Source of the DNA: Minisyncoccota bacterium
GTDB lineage: Bacteria > Patescibacteriota > Minisyncoccia > Phycocordibacterales > PALSA-1337
Length of the DNA stretch: 63,588 bases
NCBI GenBank assembly: GCA_041671485.1
Contig: JBAZBL010000007.1
Span: 1-63,588, forward strand
Direction: 5' to 3'
Shown here: positions 26,911-37,356 of the stretch, one piece after another
Position numbering within the stretch: position 1 is the stretch's first letter
Layout of the letters: each line of letters begins with the position of its first letter
Translations under genes and position numbers: made by a program
The notes under the pieces: model-generated
Databases searched by the model: none
Seen by the model: only the letters and a program-made list of their open reading frames with translations
Told to the model about the DNA's origin: nothing

Positions 26911-28686
26911 GTGACTGAAACAGAATCACAAAAAGAATTCCGCTTGAAACGCGGGAATAAAATACTCGATTATATCAATAAATTCTCTGCAACCGAGAAA
27001 GTGATTTTTGGTATATTAGTATTTATTGCACTTATTAGTACAATTACTATGACTTCGAAAGCCACAAATTATTTCATGGTAGAAATTCCTGGAAGTGGTG
27101 GTCGACTCCATGAAGGATTAGTTGGATTGCCTAGAACTATAAATCCTGTCTTATCTGTAACTGATGTGGATAAAGACCTTTCATCACTCATATATTCTGG
27201 ATTGATGAGATATAGCGACGGTGTTCTAGATACAGACCTTGCAGAATCATATACAATCTCAAAGGATGGTCTAACTTATGATTTCAAATTACGCAATGAT
27301 ATTTATTTCAACGATGGAGAACCAGTAACTGCAGACGATATAGAGTTTACGATCCACAAAATACAAGACCCAAACCTCAAGAGTCCTCGCAGGTCGGACT
27401 GGGCAAATATAACGATAAAAAAGATAGGAGATAAAGACATTCAGTTCATATTGAAACAACCTTATTCTCCATTCCTTTCGAATACTACTGTCGGTATATT
27501 ACCCAAGCATATTTGGAACAATGTTGTAGATGATCAATTTGTATTTAGCAAATACAATATAGAACCAATAGGTTCTGGTCCTTACAAGATATCTTCTATC
27601 GTTTATGGTAACAGTGGTATACCAACAGAATATAGTCTAAATACATGGAGAAAATACTATGGAGACAAGCCATATATCGACAACTTTGTATTTAGTTTCT
27701 TCTCCGATGAAGAAAATGCTGTATCAGCGATAAGTAATGGCAAAATAGATAGTCTAGCAGCGATCTCTCCTGGAACTGCTCTCAAATTGGACGAGCAATT
27801 GAAAGGAAGTCATGAGATAATATCATCATCATTACCAAGAGTTTTTGGCGTATTTTTCAATCAGAATCAGTCTCTTGTATTGGCTGATCTAAATGTTCGA
27901 AAGGCACTTGATATGTCTATTGACCGCAAGGCAATAATCAAAGATGTTTTGAATGGTTATGCAGATATTATCGATGGACCATTGCCAAACTATTTCTATG
28001 ATTCTCACAATGATAAAAAAATAGTGAAAGATGACGATAATTTCGATCAATTGGAAAATATTGCTCTGGCACAACATCTCCTAGAGAAAAATGGCTGGAA
28101 GAAAAACCAAAATAATATTTATGAGAAAAAATCAGGAAAGACCGCTTCGACAACATTGGCTTTCGATATTTACACTGCTGATTCTCCAGATCTAAAACAA
28201 ACTGCAGAATTGGTAAAAAATTATTGGACTCAACTTGGTGCTTCGGTAAATGTCAAAGTGTTCGAATCTGGAGATTTGTATCAAAACATTATTCGCACAA
28301 GGAAATATGATGCATTACTATTTGGTGAACAGATCGGTAAAGATAGGGATATGTATGCTTTCTGGCATTCTTCACAGAGAAATGCACCAGGATTAAATGT
28401 TTCTATGTATACAAATAGCAAAGTTGATACAATTCTCGAGAGTATACGATCAACAAATAATGATAAAATTAGGAATGATGGATATAACAAACTTGATCAA
28501 TTGATAAAAGAAGATATACCTGCAGTATTTCTATATTCACCGAACTTTATTTACATTATCCCAAAACAATTAAAAGGTCTGAAATTGGACTTAATTGTAA
28601 TTCCATCAGACAGATGGAATTCTATCAGGAATTGGTATCTAAATACCGAGAAAGTATGGAGTCTATTATCACAAAAATATGAATAA
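26911..28686 (+). CDS. Family-5 ABC substrate-binding-like extracellular protein (peptide/nickel type)
   Basis: 591 aa, GTG start, TM anchor, SBP_bac_5-like sequence. No adjacent permease or ATPase genes. Confidence 0.65.
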   Translation: MTETESQKEFRLKRGNKILDYINKFSATEKVIFGILVFIALISTITMTSKATNYFMVEIPGSGGRLHEGLVGLPRTINPVLSVTDVDKDLSSLIYSGLMRYSDGVLDTDLAESYTISKDGLTYDFKLRNDIYFNDGEPVTADDIEFTIHKIQDPNLKSPRRSDWANITIKKIGDKDIQFILKQPYSPFLSNTTVGILPKHIWNNVVDDQFVFSKYNIEPIGSGPYKISSIVYGNSGIPTEYSLNTWRKYYGDKPYIDNFVFSFFSDEENAVSAISNGKIDSLAAISPGTALKLDEQLKGSHEIISSSLPRVFGVFFNQNQSLVLADLNVRKALDMSIDRKAIIKDVLNGYADIIDGPLPNYFYDSHNDKKIVKDDDNFDQLENIALAQHLLEKNGWKKNQNNIYEKKSGKTASTTLAFDIYTADSPDLKQTAELVKNYWTQLGASVNVKVFESGDLYQNIIRTRKYDALLFGEQIGKDRDMYAFWHSSQRNAPGLNVSMYTNSKVDTILESIRSTNNDKIRNDGYNKLDQLIKEDIPAVFLYSPNFIYIIPKQLKGLKLDLIVIPSDRWNSIRNWYLNTEKVWSLLSQKYE

Positions 28687-30706
28687 TCAAAAAAACAATT
28701 ACAATCGCCGTTATGTGCGACAAAATAGATCTGCAACAAGGATACTACATAATGATACAAATAGGATCAATGAGACAAATAAGACACCGTCTACAAATTC
28801 GCCAAACGTTACTCCTAACAATAACCCATCAAAACCACATAGAATAGTTATGGGTCGTGGAGCGAGGAAAATATTGATAGATAGAACAACAAAAACATTT
28901 GGGAGGCCGAAGGTTGAGCACCACATTGCTGGCGCTAGGATGAATATTATGCGCAAAGCTAGCCATCACGGTGGTAGGATGCCTTCTGGTCGCAATCTTA
29001 CAACAAAGAAAACAGACGATATTATCCCACCTTTACAAGATGGAGCAATAAGGATCATTCCACTAGGCGGTGTCGAAGAAGTAGGAAAGAATATGACGGC
29101 GATAGAATATAAGGGAGATATTATTATCATTGATATGGGATTCCAATTCAAAGAAGAAGGAACTCCTGGAATTGATTATATATTGCCAAATACAAAATAC
29201 GTTGAGGAGAGAGCTAGTATGATAAAAGGTGTATTTATAACTCATGGTCACTTGGACCATATAGGTGGTATACCCTATATCATGCCAAGAATAGGAAATC
29301 CGCCAATATATTCAAGACAATTTGGAGCAATCATGATACAAAAGCGTCAGACAGAATTTCCAAACTTGCCACAACTCGATATGAAAGTCTTGGACAAAAA
29401 TGAGACGGTAGTTATAAATCCTTCATTGAAAGTAGAGACTTTTGCTATCTCACATACTATTCCAGACTCTATGGGACTCATCATTCACACAGAGATCGGT
29501 GATATTATATTTATAGAAGATGTTCGTGTAGATAATGTTAAGGGAATACCTACAGAAGAAGAGGAAAAACAATATTCAAGATTCAAAGATAAACAAGTTT
29601 TATTGCTCACTATGGATTCTACTTCTATAGAGAAACATGGCTTTTCACTTTCCGAAAGTACTGTTACAGAAAATATAGAACAAATAATCAAATCCTCTGG
29701 AAGTCGTATAATCATAGGTACTTTCGCTTCACAAGTAGAACGTATAATCAATATCATAAAGATTGCAGAAAAATACAATAAGAAAATTGCTATTGAGGGT
29801 AGGAGCATGAAAACAAATATTGAGATAATAAAACAGTTGAGACTTGCACATATAACCAATATAATTCCAGTAGAGGATATAGAAAAATATCCACCTGATC
29901 GCATAATTATGCTTGTAACTGGTGCACAAGGTGAAGAATTTGCAGCACTTATGCGCATAGCAAATAAAACTCACAAATATATCAAGTTAAGGCCAACAGA
30001 TACTATCATATTGTCTTCATCTATAATACCAACCAACTATAGTTCTGTAGTCAAATTGAAAGACAATCTATATCGCTCCGAAGCAAAAGTAATCACATAC
30101 TTAGATTCTGATATCCATGCTTCTGGTCATGGCAATCGTGATGAATTGAAATGGATCCATGAGCATATCAAATACAAATTCTTCATACCACTCCATGGCA
30201 ATCACTATATGTTGCGTCAACATGCAGAATTGTCTATGTCTCTAGGTACTCCAAGAGAAAATGTACTTGTTCCAGACAATGGTTCTCTGATCGAAATAGA
30301 TCCAAAAGGTGAAAAGGCTATTATACGCAAAGAGAAGGCTCCTTCTGGACTTGTATTGGTAGATGGCTTCTCTGTCGGTGATGCACAAGACGTTGTTATA
30401 CGCGACCGCCAAATGCTTGCTCAAGATGGTATATTTATTGTATTTGGTATTATCAATGCTAGTACAGGTAAACTCAAGAAATCTCCAGACATCATTTCTC
30501 GTGGCTTCGTATACTTACGTGAATCACAAGACCTATTGCATGAAGTGAGAACTCTCATAAAAGAAACAGTGGAAAGATCTACACAAGGGATGAATCCAAT
30601 CAATATTGATTATGTCAAAGACAATATAACAGATACTGTTAGCAAATATCTATTGCAAAAAACAGCCAAAAGGCCGATGGTAATCCCTGTCATACTCACC
30701 ATATAA
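28679..30706 (+). CDS. rnj: Ribonuclease J with a ~120-aa basic Asn-rich N-terminal extension
   Basis: Metallo-beta-lactamase motif HGHLDHIGG, a beta-CASP region and the RNase J C-terminal domain. Confidence 0.85.
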   Translation: MNNQKNNYNRRYVRQNRSATRILHNDTNRINETNKTPSTNSPNVTPNNNPSKPHRIVMGRGARKILIDRTTKTFGRPKVEHHIAGARMNIMRKASHHGGRMPSGRNLTTKKTDDIIPPLQDGAIRIIPLGGVEEVGKNMTAIEYKGDIIIIDMGFQFKEEGTPGIDYILPNTKYVEERASMIKGVFITHGHLDHIGGIPYIMPRIGNPPIYSRQFGAIMIQKRQTEFPNLPQLDMKVLDKNETVVINPSLKVETFAISHTIPDSMGLIIHTEIGDIIFIEDVRVDNVKGIPTEEEEKQYSRFKDKQVLLLTMDSTSIEKHGFSLSESTVTENIEQIIKSSGSRIIIGTFASQVERIINIIKIAEKYNKKIAIEGRSMKTNIEIIKQLRLAHITNIIPVEDIEKYPPDRIIMLVTGAQGEEFAALMRIANKTHKYIKLRPTDTIILSSSIIPTNYSSVVKLKDNLYRSEAKVITYLDSDIHASGHGNRDELKWIHEHIKYKFFIPLHGNHYMLRQHAELSMSLGTPRENVLVPDNGSLIEIDPKGEKAIIRKEKAPSGLVLVDGFSVGDAQDVVIRDRQMLAQDGIFIVFGIINASTGKLKKSPDIISRGFVYLRESQDLLHEVRTLIKETVERSTQGMNPINIDYVKDNITDTVSKYLLQKTAKRPMVIPVILTI

Positions 30707-30716
30707 ATCTGATATA

Positions 30717-31907
30717 ATGTCTATAATGAAGACGACAATAACTGGCGCAATGCCAAAGAGTCATGTGGTTTACACGATTGCTATCATTGGCTTTATTTTT
30801 GCATTGCACATCGTACTTCCGATGTATTCAAATTCGAGCTTTTTGTCCCTATTTGCAGATGAGAGAACGCTTGGATTTATATATATGGCTGGTGCAGCTG
30901 TAACTATACTTGGTTTTCTCTTGGCATCTCCCATCATTCGCCGTATTGGTAATTACCGTATGGCTATTATTCTTATTATTGCACAAATGGCCATATTTTA
31001 TGGCCTCATCACAACATCTTCATCGTCTACAATAGCAATACTTTTTATATTGCAATCTGCTATTGCTTCACTCATAGGACTTACTTTGGACGTCTTCTTG
31101 GAAGTCTATACAGATAGTGCCAATGTCGGCACAGTAAGAGGATTGTATACTGCCACTTTGAATTCAGCATGGATCATAGGTCCACTTATCGGTAGCATGA
31201 TCATCGGTAATACAGAAAATTATCGCAATACATATGTTGTAGCTCTTGCAATGCTATTTCCCCTCCTCTATCTCATATATCGCAATTTTCCTAGATTTAA
31301 AGATCCAAACTACACTCACTTATCACCAGTCCAACTTGCAAAGCATATCAGACACAATAAAAACTGGATTAGACTATTTTCAGCAAATTTTATTATTCAG
31401 ATCTTCTATGCATGGATGGTCGTTTATAGTCCTATCTATCTGAATAAGATCATTGGTTTTAGCTGGGAAGAGATAGGTATTATATTGGTAATTATGCTTT
31501 TACCATTTCCACTCATACAATATCCACTCGGCAAATTGGCCGATCGTAAATATGGCGAAAAAGAGATGATGTTTCTTGGTTTTGCTTTTATGGGCATTTC
31601 TACAATAGCTATTTCTTTTATTGGAACTTCTAGTCTCGTTGTATGGGCTCTAATGCTATTCTTAACCAGAGTTGGTGCAGCAACAGCAGAGATAATGATG
31701 GAAACATATTTCTTCAAGACAGTTTCAAATAGGGACACTGCAGCTCTCGGAATATTCCGTATTACTCGTCCACTGTCATACTTTATAGCTCCACTTATAA
31801 TGTCTATTGGACTTATATTTATAAGAGATCAATACATGTTTGCGATTATTGGTATTATCACTCTTTTCGCACTATATCCAATATCCAAGATCAGAGATAC
31901 AAATTGA
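30717..31907 (+). CDS. MFS transporter
   Basis: 396 aa, about 12 TM segments. Confidence 0.7.
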   Translation: MSIMKTTITGAMPKSHVVYTIAIIGFIFALHIVLPMYSNSSFLSLFADERTLGFIYMAGAAVTILGFLLASPIIRRIGNYRMAIILIIAQMAIFYGLITTSSSSTIAILFILQSAIASLIGLTLDVFLEVYTDSANVGTVRGLYTATLNSAWIIGPLIGSMIIGNTENYRNTYVVALAMLFPLLYLIYRNFPRFKDPNYTHLSPVQLAKHIRHNKNWIRLFSANFIIQIFYAWMVVYSPIYLNKIIGFSWEEIGIILVIMLLPFPLIQYPLGKLADRKYGEKEMMFLGFAFMGISTIAISFIGTSSLVVWALMLFLTRVGAATAEIMMETYFFKTVSNRDTAALGIFRITRPLSYFIAPLIMSIGLIFIRDQYMFAIIGIITLFALYPISKIRDTN

Positions 31908-31913
31908 TATTAT

Positions 31914-33455
31914 TTATTTTATAGAATACTTTTTCATTATCTCTTCTTCAACTTTTGCCCTTTCTGCCCCATATTTCATTATAGACAATTGTCTCAACTT
32001 ATCCACTCGAGAAATATCTCCTTTTGGTGTTGGGCCCACTTTAACATTGAAAGGTTTCATTGGCTTTCCATTGACTAGAAGTTTGAGATAAGCGTGGAAA
32101 TTGTCTTGATTGATAATATCTTTTGCCAAAAATGTCGGTACAAGTTGTTTCTCTAGAAATTCTGCATCATCCGATCCGACACGATATATGGCCATAGAAC
32201 CAACGTTTCCAAATACAGCATTTTTTATCTTATCATCGAGTTGTCCTATGAATTGATGTGCAAGATTGAGTGATAGCCGATATTTCCTTGCTTCAGAGAG
32301 TATAACTGCAATAGAATCAGTAGTAATATTTTGAAATTCGTCTAGATAAAGATAGAAGTTTGGCATTTTATCTACTCGAGACAAAGCTGCCATAAGTATC
32401 TTGCCTACCAATATGAGACCTATCAAATGTGAATTGATATCCCCAAGTCTTCCTTTGGATAGATTTACTAGAAGGATCTTTTTATTGTCCATAACATCAC
32501 GGAAATCAAATGATGATTTCTCTTGCGCTATGATAGGACGCATAATTTCATTTGCCAAAAATACGTCAAATTTGGATGTAATATAAGGAACAATATTTGC
32601 AAGTGATGCTTCACCACCTGCCTTCTCTGCTATTTCACGCCAAAATTGCACAATGATCGGATTTTTGCATTTTGATATTTTGAGATCTCGAAATGCTTTA
32701 TTGGACATAACTCTCGATACATCGAGAAGTGTCGATCCACTTTCTGGATCTTCTATAACAAGTCCTGTAGCATTCCTGAAGTATTGCTCAAATATTGGCC
32801 CCATAGACTCCGGTACTGCTCCATAGAGTTTCTGAAATATTGAAAACATTTCATTTACAACAAATGTTTTTTGCTCTGGGAAACGCATATCGTATTCGAG
32901 CATATTGAGTGCCATTGGACGCTCTGTACTCGCTGGATCAAAATATATTACATCTTCATATCTCTCTTCAGGAATATTTGCCAATATATCAACTACATCA
33001 GAGCCATGTGGATCAATAAAACAAACTCCATCACCAGCCTGTATGTCTTGGATAATCATATTTTTGAGTAGAGTAGTCTTGCCTGTACCAGTCTGACCTA
33101 TGACATAGAAATGTCGCAGACGATCTTCTGGCGTGATGAATATCTTTGTTTCTTGACCTCGAAAATTATTGACGCCTAGGAAGGTTCCACTTTGAGTAAT
33201 TTCGATTGGAGCAGGGGCAATGCCAGAACCAGATTGTTTGAGTTGTGGAGCTGCATGATGTGTAGTAACTGAAGGAAAATGAATACATGTTGTAACTTCT
33301 TCTAGATTTAGTATCATTTGCTCGGTTTTATCATAGACTCTCATAGAAAATCTCTCTAGAATCTCTTCTAGTTTTTTTCTCTCTCCATTCTTCCACTCTA
33401 TACGATTGCCGTATCCATGCTCAAATTGATTGAAACTTGACTGTATATCATTCAA
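31914..33455 (-). CDS. Type IV secretion coupling-protein-like P-loop ATPase (TraG/TraD/VirD4-like), C-terminal part of a split gene
   Basis: Walker A GQTGTGKTT, Walker B-like YLYLDEFQN, and ARKYRLSLNLAHQ. The TTG start is doubtful because the frame stays open and protein-like upstream of it. Confidence 0.6.
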   Translation of the reverse strand: MNDIQSSFNQFEHGYGNRIEWKNGERKKLEEILERFSMRVYDKTEQMILNLEEVTTCIHFPSVTTHHAAPQLKQSGSGIAPAPIEITQSGTFLGVNNFRGQETKIFITPEDRLRHFYVIGQTGTGKTTLLKNMIIQDIQAGDGVCFIDPHGSDVVDILANIPEERYEDVIYFDPASTERPMALNMLEYDMRFPEQKTFVVNEMFSIFQKLYGAVPESMGPIFEQYFRNATGLVIEDPESGSTLLDVSRVMSNKAFRDLKISKCKNPIIVQFWREIAEKAGGEASLANIVPYITSKFDVFLANEIMRPIIAQEKSSFDFRDVMDNKKILLVNLSKGRLGDINSHLIGLILVGKILMAALSRVDKMPNFYLYLDEFQNITTDSIAVILSEARKYRLSLNLAHQFIGQLDDKIKNAVFGNVGSMAIYRVGSDDAEFLEKQLVPTFLAKDIINQDNFHAYLKLLVNGKPMKPFNVKVGPTPKGDISRVDKLRQLSIMKYGAERAKVEEEIMKKYSIK

Positions 33456-34678
33456 TATGCCAACAGCCTCTTCTTTGGTCGTTGCCGATGCAACAATACG
33501 CAGATTTGCAGATATAAAGGACTTTTGAGTTTACGAGTAAATTGCTCTATGGAAGCTTGGTCAATTGATTGAGAACGTTTGCTCTCTTCTTCTTTTTGCT
33601 TTTCTATTGTTTTCTCACTTTTGAACATACCCATAAATTCCTTGCTAAAAGTACCAACCATTGATCTACTTGTCTCCTCCAATGCATCTTTCACCTTCTT
33701 GCCTTTACGGATCTTCTCTATTGCTCTATTACATTCTTTGGAATATTCATCCTCTCTTCTTCCTATTATCAATTGTATAGCAGCGCCTTCCCCTTCTTTA
33801 TTTATTTTGGAAAATGAATTTAGTATAGAATTGAGCGGATCAACATCAAATTCTTCATATGGCTTGAGTGGATAGATAGGATGCTTTGATAAATGACCAT
33901 AAGAAGCAACAGAGACTCCATCGGAAGAGAAAATATTGTAATCATCTTTATGTTCATGAATATGCGCTCCGGGAAAGACTGATAATATTTGTTTCTCAAA
34001 TAATTCTTTTCTATTTGAAGGAACTGAAGCATAAAATATCACCTCTTCGCTACCATGTGAATTTGCAATTTCGATAGAGAACCAGTCTGCATCTTTTCTA
34101 TCACTATTTGCTTTGTTTTGAGATACAGAAAGCATACCTGCATAAAATTGTTCCATACCTGATATCAATCTGCTCAATTCGGATTTTTTATCATCTGTTT
34201 CGATTTCTGGCAAAGACACTTCGAAAAGTGCCATATGTAAAGGTTTCCACAATTCACTATTTGCTTTGAGATCAGTTATAGGATAGCCAGATGCAACAAA
34301 TTGTATTAGAAAACGATGAAAGTCATCATAGAGATGAGGATTATTCATTTTTTCTACAATATGAATAGCATTTCTTATTCCCTTTTCTTGCAATATTCCT
34401 ATCAATTCTTCTATCTGCTTATCGTGTGGCTCTGGAGAAAGCTCTAGGACTATTTCATTTGATTCATGATCTTTGAGAGAATATTCTGGTGCCAAGACTT
34501 CATTGGGTTTTGATTTTGAATATTCTTGCAATACCTCTCTCGCCGAATTTTTCTCTGAAACTATTTCTCCACTCTTTTCTGTATTTGTATGCCTTTCTGA
34601 AACGATGCCGCGCAACCGCGCCAACTCCTCTTGTGGAGTTTCCAATGGTTCACGACCTTCGAATGGTGTTGGATTCAT
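33452..34678 (-). CDS. N-terminal part of the same split gene (hypothetical domain)
   Basis: 408-aa ORF. Its last ~25 aa look out of frame, and the protein-like reading continues in the -1 frame into 31914..33455. Confidence 0.5.
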   Translation of the reverse strand: MNPTPFEGREPLETPQEELARLRGIVSERHTNTEKSGEIVSEKNSAREVLQEYSKSKPNEVLAPEYSLKDHESNEIVLELSPEPHDKQIEELIGILQEKGIRNAIHIVEKMNNPHLYDDFHRFLIQFVASGYPITDLKANSELWKPLHMALFEVSLPEIETDDKKSELSRLISGMEQFYAGMLSVSQNKANSDRKDADWFSIEIANSHGSEEVIFYASVPSNRKELFEKQILSVFPGAHIHEHKDDYNIFSSDGVSVASYGHLSKHPIYPLKPYEEFDVDPLNSILNSFSKINKEGEGAAIQLIIGRREDEYSKECNRAIEKIRKGKKVKDALEETSRSMVGTFSKEFMGMFKSEKTIEKQKEEESKRSQSIDQASIEQFTRKLKSPLYLQICVLLHRQRPKKRLLAY

Positions 34679-34791
34679 TGTTATAATTATAGCATTTTCT
34701 ATAAAATCGCAACTCGAACATGGTTTGATTTATTTGAGAATATTGACTGCGCGTTATTTTCAGCTAAGATTAAGGTACAATATCAATAACT

Positions 34792-36069
34792 ATGCAAAAG
34801 ATCAAAACAATCCATGCTCGAGAGATTCTCGATTCACGAGATGATCCTACTATAGAAGTAGACATTACTCTTTCTGACGGTTCTATTGGCCGTGCATCTG
34901 TACCATCTGGTGCATCTATTGGCAATCATGAAGCTGTTGAATTGCGAGACAATGATAAAAACCGGTATGGAGGCAAAGGAGTATTGAAAGCAATAGACAA
35001 TATAAATACAACTATTCAGAAGGCAATCATTGATCAAGAATTTGACCAGAAGTCATTGGATGACAAATTGATTTCAATAGATGGTACTCCAAATAAATCC
35101 AATCTCGGTGCAAACGCAACCTTGGCTGTATCCCTTGCTTTTGCGAGAGCATTGTCCATAAGTTCAAAAAGACCATTATATGAATACTTCAAAGATATCA
35201 TACGGAGGTCAGACCTCCGTATGCCAGTACCACTAATGAATGTCATAAACGGTGGCAAGCATGCAGAAAATTCGACCGATATACAAGAATTCATGATAGT
35301 GCCACATGGTTTTACTTCATTCAAAAGAGCATTACAAGCTGGTGTAGAAATATTTGATTGTTTGCACAAGATATTAGATGAGCGCAAAATGACAACAACC
35401 GTAGGTGATGAAGGTGGTTTTGCTCCACAATTACCATCCAATGAATCTGCAATAGAAATCATCATAGAAGCAATAAGTGGTGCAGGATATAAAACAGGCA
35501 AAGAAGTTAGTCTTGCTCTCGATATTGCATCAACAGTATTTTACAAAGATGGTATGTATGATTTGTCTAGGGATAAAAGGATATTAACAACAGAAGAAAT
35601 GATAGGTTGGTATGAAGGACTTGTAAACAAATATCCTATTGTTTCCATAGAAGATGGTTTGGCAGAAGATGATTGGGATGGTTGGGCACTGTTGACAGAC
35701 AAGCTAGGTAAGAAGATTCAGCTTGTTGGTGATGATCTATTTGCTACAAATCTCGCTCGCCTGTCCAAAGGCATAGAGAAAAAAGTCGCAAATTCTATAC
35801 TTATAAAGCCAAATCAGATTGGTACTATTTCGGAGACTATACAAGTCATAGACCTTGCAAAAAAGGCTGGTTACAGTCCTATAGTATCACATCGATCTGG
35901 AGAAACAGAAGACGTTACAATTGCCGATTTTGCAGTTGGTACAGATGCAGGACAGATAAAGACTGGCTCACTTTCGAGAACAGATAGGATAGCAAAGTAC
36001 AATCAACTCCTCAGGATAGAAGAAGAACTTGGAGACAAAGCTTCTTTTGCAAAATTTTTCGAAAACTGA
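34792..36069 (+). CDS. eno: Enolase
   Basis: 425 aa, canonical enolase sequence. Confidence 0.97.
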   Translation: MQKIKTIHAREILDSRDDPTIEVDITLSDGSIGRASVPSGASIGNHEAVELRDNDKNRYGGKGVLKAIDNINTTIQKAIIDQEFDQKSLDDKLISIDGTPNKSNLGANATLAVSLAFARALSISSKRPLYEYFKDIIRRSDLRMPVPLMNVINGGKHAENSTDIQEFMIVPHGFTSFKRALQAGVEIFDCLHKILDERKMTTTVGDEGGFAPQLPSNESAIEIIIEAISGAGYKTGKEVSLALDIASTVFYKDGMYDLSRDKRILTTEEMIGWYEGLVNKYPIVSIEDGLAEDDWDGWALLTDKLGKKIQLVGDDLFATNLARLSKGIEKKVANSILIKPNQIGTISETIQVIDLAKKAGYSPIVSHRSGETEDVTIADFAVGTDAGQIKTGSLSRTDRIAKYNQLLRIEEELGDKASFAKFFEN

Positions 36070-36078
36070 TAGATAAAA

Positions 36079-36774
36079 CTATTTATCTAGATTATAATGC
36101 CCTATTGGCTTGCCACTATTTTCGTCTATTTCATATACTATAGGCATACCAGTTGCAATCTCTAGAGCAACAATATCTTCATCACTTATTTCATCAATAT
36201 ATTTTATGATTGCACGTAGACTATTACCACTCGCTGAAACAATAACTCTCTTCCCTGCTTTTATATCTGGCAAGATTTCATCATTCCAATAAGGAATAGT
36301 CCTATTCATGGTATCTTCGAGTGATTCGCCTCTAGGTAATATAGATCTATCCAAATCTTTGTATTTTGGATCAAAGCCAGGATATCTAGGATCATCTTCT
36401 TTCAATTGTGGTGGCTTCACAGAGTAACTCCTACGCCAAATATGTACTTGCTCTTTGCCCTCTATCTTTGCTACATCTTCATGCTTTTGCCCTTGTAGAG
36501 CACCATAATGCCTTTCATTCAATCTCCAAGAATATTTTATAGGCAAATCATTTTGACCAATTTCTTGAATGATTATCTTTGCAGTATCGATAGCTCTCTT
36601 TAGAACCGAAGTAAAAGCAATATCAAAAACATATCCATTATCTTTTAGTATCTTACCAGCATTGTGTGCTTCTTTTATACCCTCTTCATTTAGCTCTGCA
36701 TCTGTCCAGCCACAAAATATCTTATTTTTATTGTAATCTGTTTGTCCGTGACGGATGAATACTACTTTTATCAT
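36079..36774 (-). CDS. gpmA: 2,3-bisphosphoglycerate-dependent phosphoglycerate mutase
   Basis: RHGQT catalytic motif and histidine phosphatase fold, 231 aa. Confidence 0.85.
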   Translation of the reverse strand: MIKVVFIRHGQTDYNKNKIFCGWTDAELNEEGIKEAHNAGKILKDNGYVFDIAFTSVLKRAIDTAKIIIQEIGQNDLPIKYSWRLNERHYGALQGQKHEDVAKIEGKEQVHIWRRSYSVKPPQLKEDDPRYPGFDPKYKDLDRSILPRGESLEDTMNRTIPYWNDEILPDIKAGKRVIVSASGNSLRAIIKYIDEISDEDIVALEIATGMPIVYEIDENSGKPIGHYNLDK

Positions 36775-36800
36775 ATATTCAATATATCATGCATATGGTA

Positions 36801-37340
36801 TTAGACAAACTTATTTCGAAATATGCGATTGATTATCAATATTGTAAGCCCAGTACAAAATACACCCAGAGACCAGCCTGCGATAACATCTGTTGTCCAG
36901 TGAACATTTAGTACTATGCGACTGAAACCAATGAGTAAAATAGCAAGAATTGAAACAATAAATAACAATTTTCTTTTTATAGGATCTTTAATATAAAAAG
37001 CAAATACATAAGCAAATGCAAAAAAGAATGTAGTCGCAAGAGCAGCATGTCCACTTGGAAAACTCGGATCACCAATGATCAATTGCAAAGCATTGTCGGG
37101 GCGCGCTCTCATAATAAAATTCTTCATACATATAGTGATTGCACCGGTTGAGACAACTGATATAACAAATATCAATCCTTCTCTCCATTTTTTTCGTAGG
37201 ATGAATACGATGCCAATAACAATTCCCAATCCCAGAGTTATAGCAGTTCCACCAATCGTACTTATTATATTCCCAATACTCGCCAATGTTGGTGTAACAT
37301 TATTTGCAATAAATATATTGACTGCAAGATCGAGATTCAT
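36801..37340 (-). CDS. PAP2-family membrane phosphatase
   Basis: All three PAP2 motifs are present: KNFIMRARP, PSGH, SRIVLNVHWTTD. Confidence 0.85.
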   Translation of the reverse strand: MNLDLAVNIFIANNVTPTLASIGNIISTIGGTAITLGLGIVIGIVFILRKKWREGLIFVISVVSTGAITICMKNFIMRARPDNALQLIIGDPSFPSGHAALATTFFFAFAYVFAFYIKDPIKRKLLFIVSILAILLIGFSRIVLNVHWTTDVIAGWSLGVFCTGLTILIINRIFRNKFV

Positions 37341-37356
37341 ATTGGTATTTATTGTA

